NCBI GenBank assembly: GCA_963762055.1
Contig: CAVXJF010000003.1
Location: 115,141-179,140, forward strand
Length of the DNA: 64,000 bases
Origin: Vicinamibacterales bacterium
GTDB taxonomy: Bacteria > Acidobacteriota > Vicinamibacteria > Vicinamibacterales > JAMQPK01
Direction of reading: 5' to 3'
Part shown: piece by piece, positions 10,762-20,318 of the stretch
How the letters are laid out: each line of letters starts with the position of its first letter
How positions within the stretch are numbered: position 1 is the first letter of the stretch
Translations under genes and position numbers: made by a program
Notes under the pieces: generated by a model
Seen by the model: the letters and a program-made list of their open reading frames with translations, nothing else
Told to the model about the DNA's origin: nothing
Database searches by the model: none

Positions 10762-11589
10762 ATGAACAGAAAGTCACTGCTCGGCGTCCTCGTGATCATC
10801 GCCCTCGGGGTCGGCGGTTTCATGGCCGTGCGCTATACCCGGCAGGTGGGCGAGCAGCTGACGGCGGGGACTGACACGGGGGGCGGCGGCAAGCCACGCG
10901 TCCGTTTCGTGAAGAACCCACGCGTCATCCCCGAGCTCACCATGACGACGCTCGACGGGAAGACGATCACGAACAAGGATCTCGCGGGCAAGGTGACGAT
11001 CTTCAACTTCTGGGCGACCTGGTGCGCGCCGTGCCGCGCGGAGATTCCCGATCTCGTAAAACTGCAAGAGCAGTACAAGGATCATCTCGTCGTCATCGGC
11101 GTGTTGTCGGAGGATGACCCTGGTCCACACGTGTCCAGGTTCGCTGCCGAGTACAAGATCAACTATCCAATCGTCGTCGAAACGAAGCAGCTGACGGATG
11201 CATTCCCCGGCATCTATGCGCTGCCGACTACGTTCATGGTGGGACCGGACCTGAAGATGATGCAGAAGCACATCGGTCAGATCAGGCCATCGCAGATCGA
11301 GCTCGAATCGCGGGTGCTCGCGAAGCTGTCCGTCGACGCGGAGGTGGAATACGACGCGCCGGAGGGTCAGGCGTCACTCGCGAGCAACGCGCGCGCGACG
11401 GACATCCCCGGGGTCGATCTCTCAACGCTCACCGCGGAGCAGAAGACGCTCGCCCTGAAGCGGCTGAACGAGGAGGCGTGCGGCTGTGGATGCGGCATGA
11501 CGATCGCGTCCTGCCGTATCAACGATTCCACCTGTGCTGTCAGCCCGAAACTTGCCGAGAAAGTTCTCGCGGAGGTACGCGGGAAGTAG
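10762..11589 (+). CDS. Membrane-anchored TlpA-like thiol-disulfide oxidoreductase with C-terminal Cys-rich domain
   Basis: N-terminal TM; NFWATWCAPC; C-terminal CGCGCGMTIASCRINDSTC. Confidence 0.85.
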   Translation: MNRKSLLGVLVIIALGVGGFMAVRYTRQVGEQLTAGTDTGGGGKPRVRFVKNPRVIPELTMTTLDGKTITNKDLAGKVTIFNFWATWCAPCRAEIPDLVKLQEQYKDHLVVIGVLSEDDPGPHVSRFAAEYKINYPIVVETKQLTDAFPGIYALPTTFMVGPDLKMMQKHIGQIRPSQIELESRVLAKLSVDAEVEYDAPEGQASLASNARATDIPGVDLSTLTAEQKTLALKRLNEEACGCGCGMTIASCRINDSTCAVSPKLAEKVLAEVRGK

Positions 11590-11590
11590 C

Positions 11591-11887
11591 CTAACGTTGG
11601 ACCAGGAGCAGCTTCAGCTTCGCTTTTTTCGTTGCCTCGGTTGGATTTTTCGTCACACCCGCAAGCCATCGCTCGACCTGTTCGACAGTAATGGCATGCG
11701 TCGCAGAGGGTTCCCGCACCTCCACTTGCAGAGTAGTGCCGGGTCCGATGCGCTCGATCCAGGGATCCTGGTTCAGGCGCCGGATGCCCTGGACAGCCGC
11801 CTCGTAGAGCGACTCGGCCTCCACCTCGACGCTATGCTTGATGCCTCGTAGATCCGCAAACGAAACCACACACAATTTGACCGACAT
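11591..11887 (-). CDS. Small hypothetical protein, probably leaderless and SOS-regulated
   Basis: 98-aa ORF (MSVKLCVVSF...SLYEAAV); ATG 7 nt after an extended -10. Confidence 0.7.
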   Translation of the reverse strand: MSVKLCVVSFADLRGIKHSVEVEAESLYEAAVQGIRRLNQDPWIERIGPGTTLQVEVREPSATHAITVEQVERWLAGVTKNPTEATKKAKLKLLLVQR

Positions 11888-11893
11888 CGGCAC

Positions 11894-11924
11894 AAGCTAC
11901 CATAATATTCGCTGTTTGTTCGCC
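11894..11924 (-). promoter_or_regulatory. Extended -10 (TGgTAGCTT) and LexA-like direct repeat GCGAAC-N5-GCGAAT
   Basis: + strand attc-gctgttt-gttc (11907-11921) fits the GTTC-N7-GTTC LexA box of Acidobacteria/Alphaproteobacteria with one mismatch. Confidence 0.55.
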
Positions 11925-11938
11925 ATAAACGACCGACC

Positions 11939-12190
11939 ATGGACACCACGTTTCGCTACAAGCCGGAAATACTCAGACAGCTCGCCGACCATGGCGTGAT
12001 TCCAAGGCCCACCACGCCGCCGACCGTGGCGCGCGGCGTCGTCAATGACATCTACAGGTATGAGCTGCGGCTGCTGCGGGATCGCTATCTTGTTGGTGAG
12101 TTTTCGAAGCAGGCGTACTACGACAAGGTCGTCGAAGTCCGCAATCGCTATCCCGTAATGGCGGTGCTTACGCGCCACTGGGTCGAGTAG
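11939..12190 (+). CDS. Small hypothetical protein
   Basis: 83-aa ORF (HGVIPRPTT...NDIYRYELRLLR) with normal codon usage. Confidence 0.65.
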   Translation: MDTTFRYKPEILRQLADHGVIPRPTTPPTVARGVVNDIYRYELRLLRDRYLVGEFSKQAYYDKVVEVRNRYPVMAVLTRHWVE

Positions 12191-12204
12191 CCAATTTGTC
12201 AGGC

Positions 12205-12222
12205 GTCCGGCTAAAGCCGGAC
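12205..12222. repeat. REP-like palindrome GTCCGGCTAAAGCCGGAC between convergent genes
   Basis: Same palindrome recurs at about 56303-56320 and 56484-56501. Confidence 0.7.
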
Positions 12223-12227
12223 CGCAA

Positions 12228-13970
12228 TCAGCGCGCAGACAACCTGAACAGACGCGCCTGGCCATCCGGCGTTGCCACAACCGCTCCCGCATCGATGAAG
12301 GCGGCGCTATTCGCGGCTCCGAATTGATTGCGGAACGCGGCTTCTTCCCAACGTTCCAGAAACATGTAGACGGGCTGACTTTCCGACAGCCGGCGCACGC
12401 CCGGTCCGAGCGAATCGGCGGCGATATAGGGAAGCCGGACTGTCTTTCGGTTGCCGTAGTAACGGATGCTTCCGCTGTGCTGGTCCGCAATGACAATCGC
12501 GTCGGCGGGCGTATTGTTCGACACGAGTTGAGCGGTGGCGACGTATCGCTCCTCCGTATGTCCGACCTCGAACACGCCAAGATCGACGGCCGAGCGCGCC
12601 GCGGGCACGACGAGAGGGGAGCACAGCAGCGCGGCCGCTGCGTACATCTCCGCGCGTGAGCGGCTGTAACGCGACGCCAACGCAATCATTGCCGCGATCA
12701 TCGCGCAGCATAACGGCCACGCCGGCAGCAGGAATCTCAGATACCACCATGCGTCGAACGGCTGGTAGGCGACGTATGACAGCAGCACCGCGGCGATCAT
12801 CAGACCACTGACGAGCGGCAAACGGGATTCGCTTCGTCGCCGCCCTAAGAATGCAAATGCAGCTGCCAGCGCCGGAATGAAGAGACGCGTCTGGGTGTCG
12901 CTGGTCCATCCGCCGAACAGACGAAGATTCTGCGGCACATGTGAGAGGGTGAAAAGCCCGCCAACGTCTCCGTATCCGCTCGTCCAGGGCGCTCCGTAGA
13001 GAGACGTGTTGACCGCCGCGACGCCGGCGGCGAATGGAGCGAGCCCAGCGGCAAACGCCGCCATCCGGCGCCAGGGGCGATCGTTGGCAATCATCCAGAC
13101 GAGTGGCAACACGGATGCGAGCAGCGCCAGATTCGGGCGGATCAGCAACGCGGCGCCGGCGGCTACGCCGGCCAGTGCTGGCCGCGTGGCAGTGCGAATC
13201 GTGCCCAACCACACCGCGAGCGTCCAGAAAAACGCCGCCGGAACGTCGGCCATCGTCCACATCGCCTGATGGAGGAACACGGGGCTGACGGCAAGGAGGA
13301 CCGCGGCGATGACTCCGGCTGATCCCCTGCCGATCGAATCACGGGCGATGAGGTAGGTGACCCAGACAGTCGCGGCTGCGAAGGTGGGCAATATCAGCCG
13401 TTCGGCGCCCGCAGCCTGGAAGACCGCGATCAATATCGGAAAGCCCGCCGGATAGGTCGGCACGATGGTGTGCGGCAGCAGTCCTGGCCTGTAACCTACC
13501 GGTGCAGCAATCCAGTCCGTGTCTGTCCACGGAAGCGATGCGGCCCACGGCTGAGAGGTGGTGAGGCTGCCCGCCAGCCAGAGATTGGCCTGGCTGATAT
13601 AGCCGTATGAATCGGCGCCGCCGGCCACGAACGATCCCCACCGCAGTGCAGCGAACGCGACGCCGAAGGCCACGACGGCAGCCGCGATTGCGCTGTCGGC
13701 GCGCATCGCCCCGTCAGTAGTTTGGGTGTCATTTCGGCGTTTCCAGAGGTAGAAAGCCGCGCAGAACGCCGCGGCTACACATGGTCTGAACGGATCGCGG
13801 GAGGAGATGTTTACGCCGAAGAGGAAGAGGTTGATGCCGCCGGCCGCAGCGATGAAGAATCCCCAGGCGCTGAACGCAACGCCGGCCCACAGCAACGGTG
13901 CGCTCAGTACATGCCTAGCGTGAGCTTCGCGGCGTCTGACATCCTGTCGCGCGTCCACGGTGGGTCCCAC
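12228..13970 (-). CDS. Polytopic GT-C/PMT (GT39-like) membrane glycosyltransferase; true start probably near 13900
   Basis: About 12 TM helices; GADSYGY, YPAGFP, MADVP, IRPN, WYLRFLLP motifs. Confidence 0.7.
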   Translation of the reverse strand: MGPTVDARQDVRRREAHARHVLSAPLLWAGVAFSAWGFFIAAAGGINLFLFGVNISSRDPFRPCVAAAFCAAFYLWKRRNDTQTTDGAMRADSAIAAAVVAFGVAFAALRWGSFVAGGADSYGYISQANLWLAGSLTTSQPWAASLPWTDTDWIAAPVGYRPGLLPHTIVPTYPAGFPILIAVFQAAGAERLILPTFAAATVWVTYLIARDSIGRGSAGVIAAVLLAVSPVFLHQAMWTMADVPAAFFWTLAVWLGTIRTATRPALAGVAAGAALLIRPNLALLASVLPLVWMIANDRPWRRMAAFAAGLAPFAAGVAAVNTSLYGAPWTSGYGDVGGLFTLSHVPQNLRLFGGWTSDTQTRLFIPALAAAFAFLGRRRSESRLPLVSGLMIAAVLLSYVAYQPFDAWWYLRFLLPAWPLCCAMIAAMIALASRYSRSRAEMYAAAALLCSPLVVPAARSAVDLGVFEVGHTEERYVATAQLVSNNTPADAIVIADQHSGSIRYYGNRKTVRLPYIAADSLGPGVRRLSESQPVYMFLERWEEAAFRNQFGAANSAAFIDAGAVVATPDGQARLFRLSAR

Positions 13971-14320
13971 ACGACCGCGACCTTTACATCATTTACGCCG
14001 GGCACTTCCCGTACGCGGCGTTCGACGTCAACAGGGATCGTCTGAGCCGCAGGACACGCGGGGGCGGTGAGCGTCATGCGCACCTGAACGTTGGCGGAAC
14101 TGTCGACGTCGAGGTCGTACACCAGCCCGAGCTCGTAGATGTTCACCGGAATCTCAGGATCGAAAACCTTCGACACGGCCTCGACGAGGAGCGGTTTGTA
14201 TGCGAGCGTCTTGACCGGATCCGGCGTGAACGCAGCCGCCGCTCCGTCAGTGTTCTCGGGCCCGGCAGTGTCCGGGGTTGGAGGCGGTGCGTCGGCAAGC
14301 GGAATGATGCGATCGCTCAT
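13904..14320 (-). CDS. sufT: Fe-S cluster assembly protein SufT (DUF59/PaaD-like)
   Basis: DPEIPVNIYELGLVY, MTLTAPACP, WDPPW. Confidence 0.88.
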   Translation of the reverse strand: MSDRIIPLADAPPPTPDTAGPENTDGAAAAFTPDPVKTLAYKPLLVEAVSKVFDPEIPVNIYELGLVYDLDVDSSANVQVRMTLTAPACPAAQTIPVDVERRVREVPGVNDVKVAVVWDPPWTRDRMSDAAKLTLGMY

Positions 14321-14323
14321 ACG

Positions 14324-14773
14324 CTATTCGGTCGAGACGACTTCGTTCTCGGCGTGCATCGCCGCCTTCATGGTGTGCCAGGCGAGGCTTGCGCATTTGA
14401 CGCGCATGGGATATTCGCGCACGCCAGACAGCACGGCGAGCTTGCCGAGCTCGTCGGATTTCACGTCGACGTTCGCGGGCGCCGTCACCATCGCGTGGAA
14501 CTGCTCGAAGAACGTGCTGGCTTCAGCCAGGGTCTTCCCTTTGAGCGCATCGGTCATCATCGACGCGGAGGCTTTGGAAATCGCGCAGCCCGTGCCCTGA
14601 AACCCGAGATCCCTGATGACGTCGCCGTCGATGTAGAGGAATACCGTGATCTTGTCGCCGCACAGCGGGTTGTAGCCCTCCGCCTTGCGGTTCACGGGAT
14701 CAGGTACGCGGAAATTGCGCGGCCGCTTGTTGTGATCGAGGATGACTTCCTGGTAGAGCTCTCGTAGGTCCAT
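14324..14773 (-). CDS. sufU: SUF system NifU-family protein SufU
   Basis: LYQEVILDH, NPLCGD, GCAISKAS, RVKCA. Confidence 0.93.
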   Translation of the reverse strand: MDLRELYQEVILDHNKRPRNFRVPDPVNRKAEGYNPLCGDKITVFLYIDGDVIRDLGFQGTGCAISKASASMMTDALKGKTLAEASTFFEQFHAMVTAPANVDVKSDELGKLAVLSGVREYPMRVKCASLAWHTMKAAMHAENEVVSTE

Positions 14774-14791
14774 TGTTAGTCGCTCAACGTT

Positions 14792-16036
14792 TCAGGCAAA
14801 AATCTCGCGCACGCGGGCCAGAGCACCGACGAGGGCGTCGATTTCCTCTTTCGTATTGTACAGCGCCAGTGAGGCTCGGGCCGTCGCGGGCACGCCCAGG
14901 CGCTCCATGAGCGGCTGCGTGCAGTGGTGCCCCGTCCGGATGGCAACCCCCTGCTGGTCGAGGATCGTGCCGATGTCGTGAGGATGGACGTCCTCCATCA
15001 CGAACGACAGGATGCTTGTCTTGTTTGACGCTGTGCCGACGAGCCGGATCCCGGGAACTGCACTGAGCGCACGCGTGCCATACGCCAGAAGTTCCTCTTC
15101 GTAGGCCTGCATGGCCGCGACGTCGATGCCGCCCAGATAATCAATCGCCGCGCCGAGTCCCACTGAGCCGGCGATGTTCGGCGTGCCGGCCTCGAACTTG
15201 TTCGGCACGACGTTGTAGGTGGTCTTCTTGAAGCTGACGGAGCTGATCATGTCGCCGCCGCCCTGGTACGGGGGCATCTTCTCTAGGAACGGCAGGCGGC
15301 CCCATAACACGCCGATCCCTGTCGGGCCGAAGAGCTTGTGACCGGACAGGGCGTAGAAGTCGCACCCGAGCGCCTGCACGTCTACGGGCATGTGGGCCAC
15401 GGCCTGGGCGCCGTCGACGAGCACGGGGATACCACGCGCGTGGGCCTTTTCGACGATCGCGGCAATCGGGTTGACCGTGCCGAGCGAGTTCGAGACATGG
15501 GCGACCGCCACGATTTTCGTCCGATCGGTGAGCAGCCCGTCGAACAAGTCCATCCGGAGCTCGCCCTCGTCGGTAATGGGCACGACCTTGAGCTGTGCGC
15601 CCTTTTCCTCGCAGACGAGCTGCCACGGGACGATATTCGAATGGTGCTCCATCTCGGTGATGAGCACTTCGTCGCCCTTGCCGATGTTGACCCGGCCAAA
15701 GGTCTGCGCGACGAGGTTGATCGCTTCGGTCGTGCCGCGGACGAAGATGATCTCGCGCGACTCCCGCGCGTTCAGAAATTTCTGAATCTTTCCCCGGGCT
15801 TCTTCATACGCGCGTGTGGCGCGCTCGCTGAGGAGGTGCACGCCGCGATGGATGTTGGCGTTGTCCTCGGCGTAACTGCGGACCATCGCGTCGATGACCG
15901 CCTGCGGCTTCTGCGTTGTCGCCGCATTGTCGAGATAGACGAGTGCCTTGCCGTGAATCCGCTGATTGAGGATCGGGAAGTCGCGCCTGACCTTCTCGAC
16001 GTCGAACGCCTGGCGGAGGGCGGTATCAGTCGACAT
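14792..16036 (-). CDS. sufS: Cysteine desulfurase SufS
   Basis: YLDNAATTQKP, SGHK, RTGHHC. Confidence 0.95.
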   Translation of the reverse strand: MSTDTALRQAFDVEKVRRDFPILNQRIHGKALVYLDNAATTQKPQAVIDAMVRSYAEDNANIHRGVHLLSERATRAYEEARGKIQKFLNARESREIIFVRGTTEAINLVAQTFGRVNIGKGDEVLITEMEHHSNIVPWQLVCEEKGAQLKVVPITDEGELRMDLFDGLLTDRTKIVAVAHVSNSLGTVNPIAAIVEKAHARGIPVLVDGAQAVAHMPVDVQALGCDFYALSGHKLFGPTGIGVLWGRLPFLEKMPPYQGGGDMISSVSFKKTTYNVVPNKFEAGTPNIAGSVGLGAAIDYLGGIDVAAMQAYEEELLAYGTRALSAVPGIRLVGTASNKTSILSFVMEDVHPHDIGTILDQQGVAIRTGHHCTQPLMERLGVPATARASLALYNTKEEIDALVGALARVREIFA

Positions 16037-17351
16037 GGGGAAGCCGCGCCGTCAAAATGCCTTCGAGATATTCGCGCACAAGCTCGATCTTTACACGGTT
16101 GAGTATGTCTCCGGCGAACGCGCGGACGAGCATCGCGCGCGACTCCGCCACGCCGAGCCCGCGGGAGCGCAGGTAGAACATGGCGGTCTCGTCGAGCTGG
16201 CCGATTGCGGCGCCGTGCGTGCACTTCACGTCGTTGGCGAAGATTTCGAGCTCCGGCTTGGTGTCGATGCGAGCATCGTCGGAAAGCAGCAGCGCCTTGT
16301 TGGTCTGCTTGGCGTCCGTTTTCTGCGCATCGGGCCTGACGATGATCTTGCCGTTGAACACCGCGCGCGACTGTTCGGCCAGGATGCCTTTGTAGATCTC
16401 GTGGCTGCCACAATGTGGTTTGGCGTGATCGATCGTCGTATGGTTGTCGACCAGCTGCGTGTCGCGCGCCACATACAGGCCATTCAGCGTGCAGTCGTTG
16501 CCTTCGCCGTCCAGCGTGGCAATGACGTCGTTGCGCACCAGCCCGCCGCCGAAGGTCAGCGAGTGCGAGGAGAAATTTCCCGCGCGCCCGGCATGCATGA
16601 ACATGCTGGCGATGTGGAATGCACTCGCCGGCTCCTCCTGCAGCTTGTAGTGGTCGATCACCGCGTTCGCGCCCAGCCATACTTCGCCGACGGCATTGGT
16701 GAACGTCATGCCGTCGCCCACGTATCGCTCGAGCACCGTAATCTGCGACGCCTCGCCGGCAACGATGAGGAGCCTGGGGTGTGACACCGTCGCAGACTTG
16801 CCGGCTACCGAGGCAAATGTCACTTCGATGGGCCGTTCCACGACAACGCCCTTCGCAACCAGGATGACGATGCCATCGCGCAGAAAGGCGCTGTTCAGCG
16901 AGGTGAAGGCGCTGGTCTGTTGCAGCGTGAGCTTGTCCAGATAGGGCTCGAGCAGCCCGGGATTCGAAGCCAGCGCCGCCTCGAGACCCGATATTTGAAC
17001 GCCTTCCGGCAGCGTATTCAGATTCGACAGGCGCGGCGACAATCGCCCGTTGATGCACACCGCGTGTGCCACCGGAGCGCTGAGCGGCCGCGTGTCTGCC
17101 CGATCCGCACCGGCCGGGACGTCGGCGAGCACGAAGGTCCGCTCTGCGATCGGCGCGACGCTCGTGAACCGCCACTGCTCGAGCTTCGTGGTCGGAAATC
17201 CGAGGCGTTCGAATCTGGCAATCGCGCTTTCGCGCGCCTGTATCACCCAGCGCGGCTGAGGCGTTCCCTGCTCCAGAGAGCGGCGGAACTCGGCCAGGTA
17301 GTGTTCAACCTGCGGGCTTACGGCTTTTTCACGTTCGACGAGTTGTGCCAT
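16026..17351 (-). CDS. sufD: Fe-S cluster assembly protein SufD
   Basis: FPTTKLEQWRFT, KPELEIFANDVKCTHGA, FYLRSRG. Confidence 0.93.
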   Translation of the reverse strand: MAQLVEREKAVSPQVEHYLAEFRRSLEQGTPQPRWVIQARESAIARFERLGFPTTKLEQWRFTSVAPIAERTFVLADVPAGADRADTRPLSAPVAHAVCINGRLSPRLSNLNTLPEGVQISGLEAALASNPGLLEPYLDKLTLQQTSAFTSLNSAFLRDGIVILVAKGVVVERPIEVTFASVAGKSATVSHPRLLIVAGEASQITVLERYVGDGMTFTNAVGEVWLGANAVIDHYKLQEEPASAFHIASMFMHAGRAGNFSSHSLTFGGGLVRNDVIATLDGEGNDCTLNGLYVARDTQLVDNHTTIDHAKPHCGSHEIYKGILAEQSRAVFNGKIIVRPDAQKTDAKQTNKALLLSDDARIDTKPELEIFANDVKCTHGAAIGQLDETAMFYLRSRGLGVAESRAMLVRAFAGDILNRVKIELVREYLEGILTARLPHVD

Positions 17352-17362
17352 GTGTTCCTGCG

Positions 17363-18118
17363 CTACATCAGCTGGGGCTCGGCTTCGATCCAGCCATAGC
17401 CCTTTTCTTCGAGGTGCAGCGCCAGATCTTTGCCGCCCGACCGGACAATGCGTCCATCCTGCAACACGTGCACGAAGTCGGGGACGATGTAATTCAGCAG
17501 CCGTTGATAGTGGGTGACGACGATGATGGCGCGGTCGGGCGAGCGCATGGCGTTCACCCCTTCGGCGACAGTCCTGAGTGCGTCGATGTCGAGCCCCGAG
17601 TCGGTCTCGTCGAGCACGGCCAGCCTCGGTTCCAGCACGGCCATCTGAAAGATCTCGTTGCGCTTTTTCTCTCCGCCGGAGAACCCTTCGTTCACCGGAC
17701 GATTCAACAACGCCGCATCGAGGTGGAGAATCTTCAGCTTCTCCTTCACGAGCGCGATGAATTCCATGGCATCGAGCTCGGGAAGCCCCGCCTGCTTTCT
17801 CTGGGCGTTGAGCGCGGCCTTCAGGAAATACGCGTTGTTCACACCGGGTATCTCGACGGGGTACTGGAACGCCATGAAGACGCCGTCGCGGGCGCGGTCT
17901 TCCGGCGCCATTTCCAGGAGATCTTTCCCTTCGTAGGTCACCGAACCGCCGGTCACTTCATATTCGGGGTGCCCGGCGAGCACGCGCGCGAGCGTGCTCT
18001 TGCCCGAGCCGTTCGGGCCCATGATGGCGTGGACTTCGCCTTTGCTGACGTTGAGGTTGATGCCGCGGAGGATGTCCTGGTTCGCGGCGCGGACCTGGAG
18101 GTTTTTGATCTCTAACAT
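17363..18118 (-). CDS. sufC: Fe-S cluster assembly ATPase SufC
   Basis: MLEIKNL start overlapping the sufB stop (TAATG); GPNGSGKST, GFSGGEKKRNE, LDETDSGLD. Confidence 0.95.
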   Translation of the reverse strand: MLEIKNLQVRAANQDILRGINLNVSKGEVHAIMGPNGSGKSTLARVLAGHPEYEVTGGSVTYEGKDLLEMAPEDRARDGVFMAFQYPVEIPGVNNAYFLKAALNAQRKQAGLPELDAMEFIALVKEKLKILHLDAALLNRPVNEGFSGGEKKRNEIFQMAVLEPRLAVLDETDSGLDIDALRTVAEGVNAMRSPDRAIIVVTHYQRLLNYIVPDFVHVLQDGRIVRSGGKDLALHLEEKGYGWIEAEPQLM

Positions 18119-19563
18119 TATCCGACTGATCCTTCGAGGCTGATGCCTAGCAGCTTCTGCGCTTCGACCGCAAACTCCATCGGGAGCTCGCGGAACACGT
18201 CCTTGCAGAAGCCGTTGACGATCATGTTGACGGCGTCTTCGGCCGAGAGGCCGCGTTGACGCAGGTAGAAAATCTGATCCTCGCCGATTTTCGACGTCGA
18301 GGCTTCGTGCTCGACCTTCGCACTCGTGTTCCCGATTTCGAGGTAGGGGAAGGTGTGCGCGCCGCACTTGTCGCCGATGAGCAGCGAGTCGCACTGCGAA
18401 TAGTTCCTCGCCCCCGCGGCTTTTTTCGCGATCTTCACCTGTCCGCGGTAGGTGTTCTGTCCGCGCCCCGCGGAGATACCCTTGGAGACGATCGTGCTGC
18501 GCGTGTTCTTGCCGAGGTGAACCATTTTCGTGCCGGTGTCGGCCTGCTGCATGTTGTTCGTCGTCGCGACGGAGTAGAACTCGCCGACCGAGTTGTCACC
18601 CTGCAGGATGCAGCTTGGATACTTCCAGGTGATCGCGGAACCCGTCTCGACCTGCGTCCAGGTGATCTTCGAGTTCATACCCGCGCAGTTGCCGCGCTTG
18701 GTGACGAAGTTGTAAATCCCGCCCTTGCCTTCGTGATCGCCCGGGTACCAATTCTGAATGGTCGAGTACTTGATCGTGGCGTTGTCCAGCGCCACCAGTT
18801 CGACCACGGCCGCGTGCAGCTGATTTTCATCGCGCATCGGAGCCGTGCAGCCTTCGAGATAGCTCACATACGCTCCTTCTTCGGCGACGATCAACGTGCG
18901 CTCGAACTGCCCTGAGCCCTTCGCGTTGATGCGGAAGTAGGTGGACAGCTCCATCGGGCAGCGTACGCCCTTCGGGATGTAGGCAAATGACCCGTCGGTG
19001 AAGACCGCCGAGTTCAGCGCGGCATAGAAGTTGTCGGTGTGCGGCACGACCGACCCCAGATATTTCTTCACCAGCTCGGGATGATGTTGTACCGCCTCGG
19101 AGAACGAACAGAAGATCACACCCACGTCGGCGAGCTGCTTCTTGAACGTCGTGGCCACCGACACGCTGTCGAACACCGCATCGACCGCGATGCCGCTCAA
19201 CATCTTCTGTTCGTCGATGGGGATGCCGAGCTTTTCGAAGGTCTTGCGGACTTCCGGATCGACCTCATCGAGGCTCTTGAGGGCGGGCTTCTGCTTGGGT
19301 GCCGAGTAGTAAATGATGTTCTGGTAGTCGATCGGATTGATCTTCAGGTTGTGCCAGGTCGGCTCCTTCATCTTCAACCAGACGCGATAGGCCTTCAGCC
19401 GCCATTCGAGGAGCCATTCGGGCTCGTTCTTCTTGGCGGAGATCCTCCGGATGACGTCTTCACTGAGGCCCGGCGGAATCTCCTCGGCCTCGACATCGGT
19501 GACGAACCCGTACTTGTATTCGCGTGTTGCGAGTTCTTCAATTGTTTCTGTGCTGGTGGACAT
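18118..19563 (-). CDS. sufB: Fe-S cluster assembly protein SufB
   Basis: [41 protein letters not shown]. Confidence 0.96.
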   Translation of the reverse strand: MSTSTETIEELATREYKYGFVTDVEAEEIPPGLSEDVIRRISAKKNEPEWLLEWRLKAYRVWLKMKEPTWHNLKINPIDYQNIIYYSAPKQKPALKSLDEVDPEVRKTFEKLGIPIDEQKMLSGIAVDAVFDSVSVATTFKKQLADVGVIFCSFSEAVQHHPELVKKYLGSVVPHTDNFYAALNSAVFTDGSFAYIPKGVRCPMELSTYFRINAKGSGQFERTLIVAEEGAYVSYLEGCTAPMRDENQLHAAVVELVALDNATIKYSTIQNWYPGDHEGKGGIYNFVTKRGNCAGMNSKITWTQVETGSAITWKYPSCILQGDNSVGEFYSVATTNNMQQADTGTKMVHLGKNTRSTIVSKGISAGRGQNTYRGQVKIAKKAAGARNYSQCDSLLIGDKCGAHTFPYLEIGNTSAKVEHEASTSKIGEDQIFYLRQRGLSAEDAVNMIVNGFCKDVFRELPMEFAVEAQKLLGISLEGSVG

Positions 19564-19613
19564 GAATATGTTCCCTGTCGGGGTCCGGGGCTAGGGATTC
19601 GGGATTTGCCCGA

Positions 19614-19940
19614 TCACGCGTTGAACGACAGCCCGCATCCGCACGAGCTCTTGGCGTTCGGGTTGTTGAACATGAACCCCCGGCTCATCAGGCTGGTGTC
19701 GTAGTCGAGCTCGGTCCCCTGGAGCAGGGTGTAGCTCTTTGGATCGACGAAGATCCGGGCGTCTCCAGGGCCGGTGAAAATCTGGTCTGTCGGGCGGGCA
19801 CCCTTCTCCCACGCGAACGTGTATTCGTAGCCCGAGCAGCCGCCAGCCTTGATGCCGATGCGCAGGCCGCCCCCTTCGAGCTGATTTTTGGCCAGCATCT
19901 TATGAATCTGGTCCGCTGCGTTCTGACTGATGGCAATCAT
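19614..19940 (-). CDS. A-type Fe-S carrier (HesB/IscA/SufA)
   Basis: GGCSG and NPNAKSSCGCG.SF motifs. Confidence 0.92.
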   Translation of the reverse strand: MIAISQNAADQIHKMLAKNQLEGGGLRIGIKAGGCSGYEYTFAWEKGARPTDQIFTGPGDARIFVDPKSYTLLQGTELDYDTSLMSRGFMFNNPNAKSSCGCGLSFNA

Positions 19941-19941
19941 G

Positions 19942-19991
19942 AAATCCGACCTATTTAGTCCTAGATTAACACCCGCGCCGGTTCAGGTCAA
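19942..19991 (-). promoter_or_regulatory. sigma70 promoter of the suf operon (TTGACC-N17-TAATCT) with an IscR/Rrf2 type-1-like operator over the TSS
   Basis: -35 at 19991-19986, -10 at 19968-19963; operator aaatCCGACctatttAGTCctagat at 19942-19966. Confidence 0.6.
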
Positions 19992-20164
19992 ACCTTGAAC
20001 GACGTTCTGCTACGCCGGAACCAGGCCGGGACTGGTGCTCGCGGGGCTGATTTTCATCGCTTTCGCGCGCTCCCGGAGACGCCAACACCCTCATATTTAC
20101 GACGCGCGTTGAGGCCGGGAAGGTCGATATGCCTCCGCCGTACAGCTGGTTCTCAGGATCGGGT

Positions 20165-20193
20165 TTGACGGATCGGGACGTGGCGTTTATACT
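20165..20193 (+). promoter_or_regulatory. sigma70 promoter of the asd-dap operon
   Basis: TTGACG (20165-20170), 17 bp spacer, TATACT (20188-20193). Confidence 0.8.
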
Positions 20194-20202
20194 CATCGGT
20201 CA

Positions 20203-20292
20203 ATGTTCGCGAGCACCACGAAGCCGACCAGCCGAAAGCGGGTTCCGACTAAGGGAACCTGGGCCGGTGGTGTGTGCGTGCTCGACGCTTAA
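20203..20292 (+). CDS. Putative attenuator leader peptide MFASTTKPTSRKRVPTKGTWAGGVCVLDA (Thr/Lys-rich)
   Basis: ATG about 3 nt after predicted TSS; 5 Thr and 3 Lys codons; followed by a terminator. Confidence 0.6.
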   Translation: MFASTTKPTSRKRVPTKGTWAGGVCVLDA

Positions 20293-20318
20293 AACAACAG
20301 CAGCGAACGAGCTTCAGC

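Noticed and set aside
18119-18394. N-terminal extension of SufC in the ORF track
   Set aside because: Overlaps sufB; the real start is the ATG at 18118 coupled to the sufB stop.
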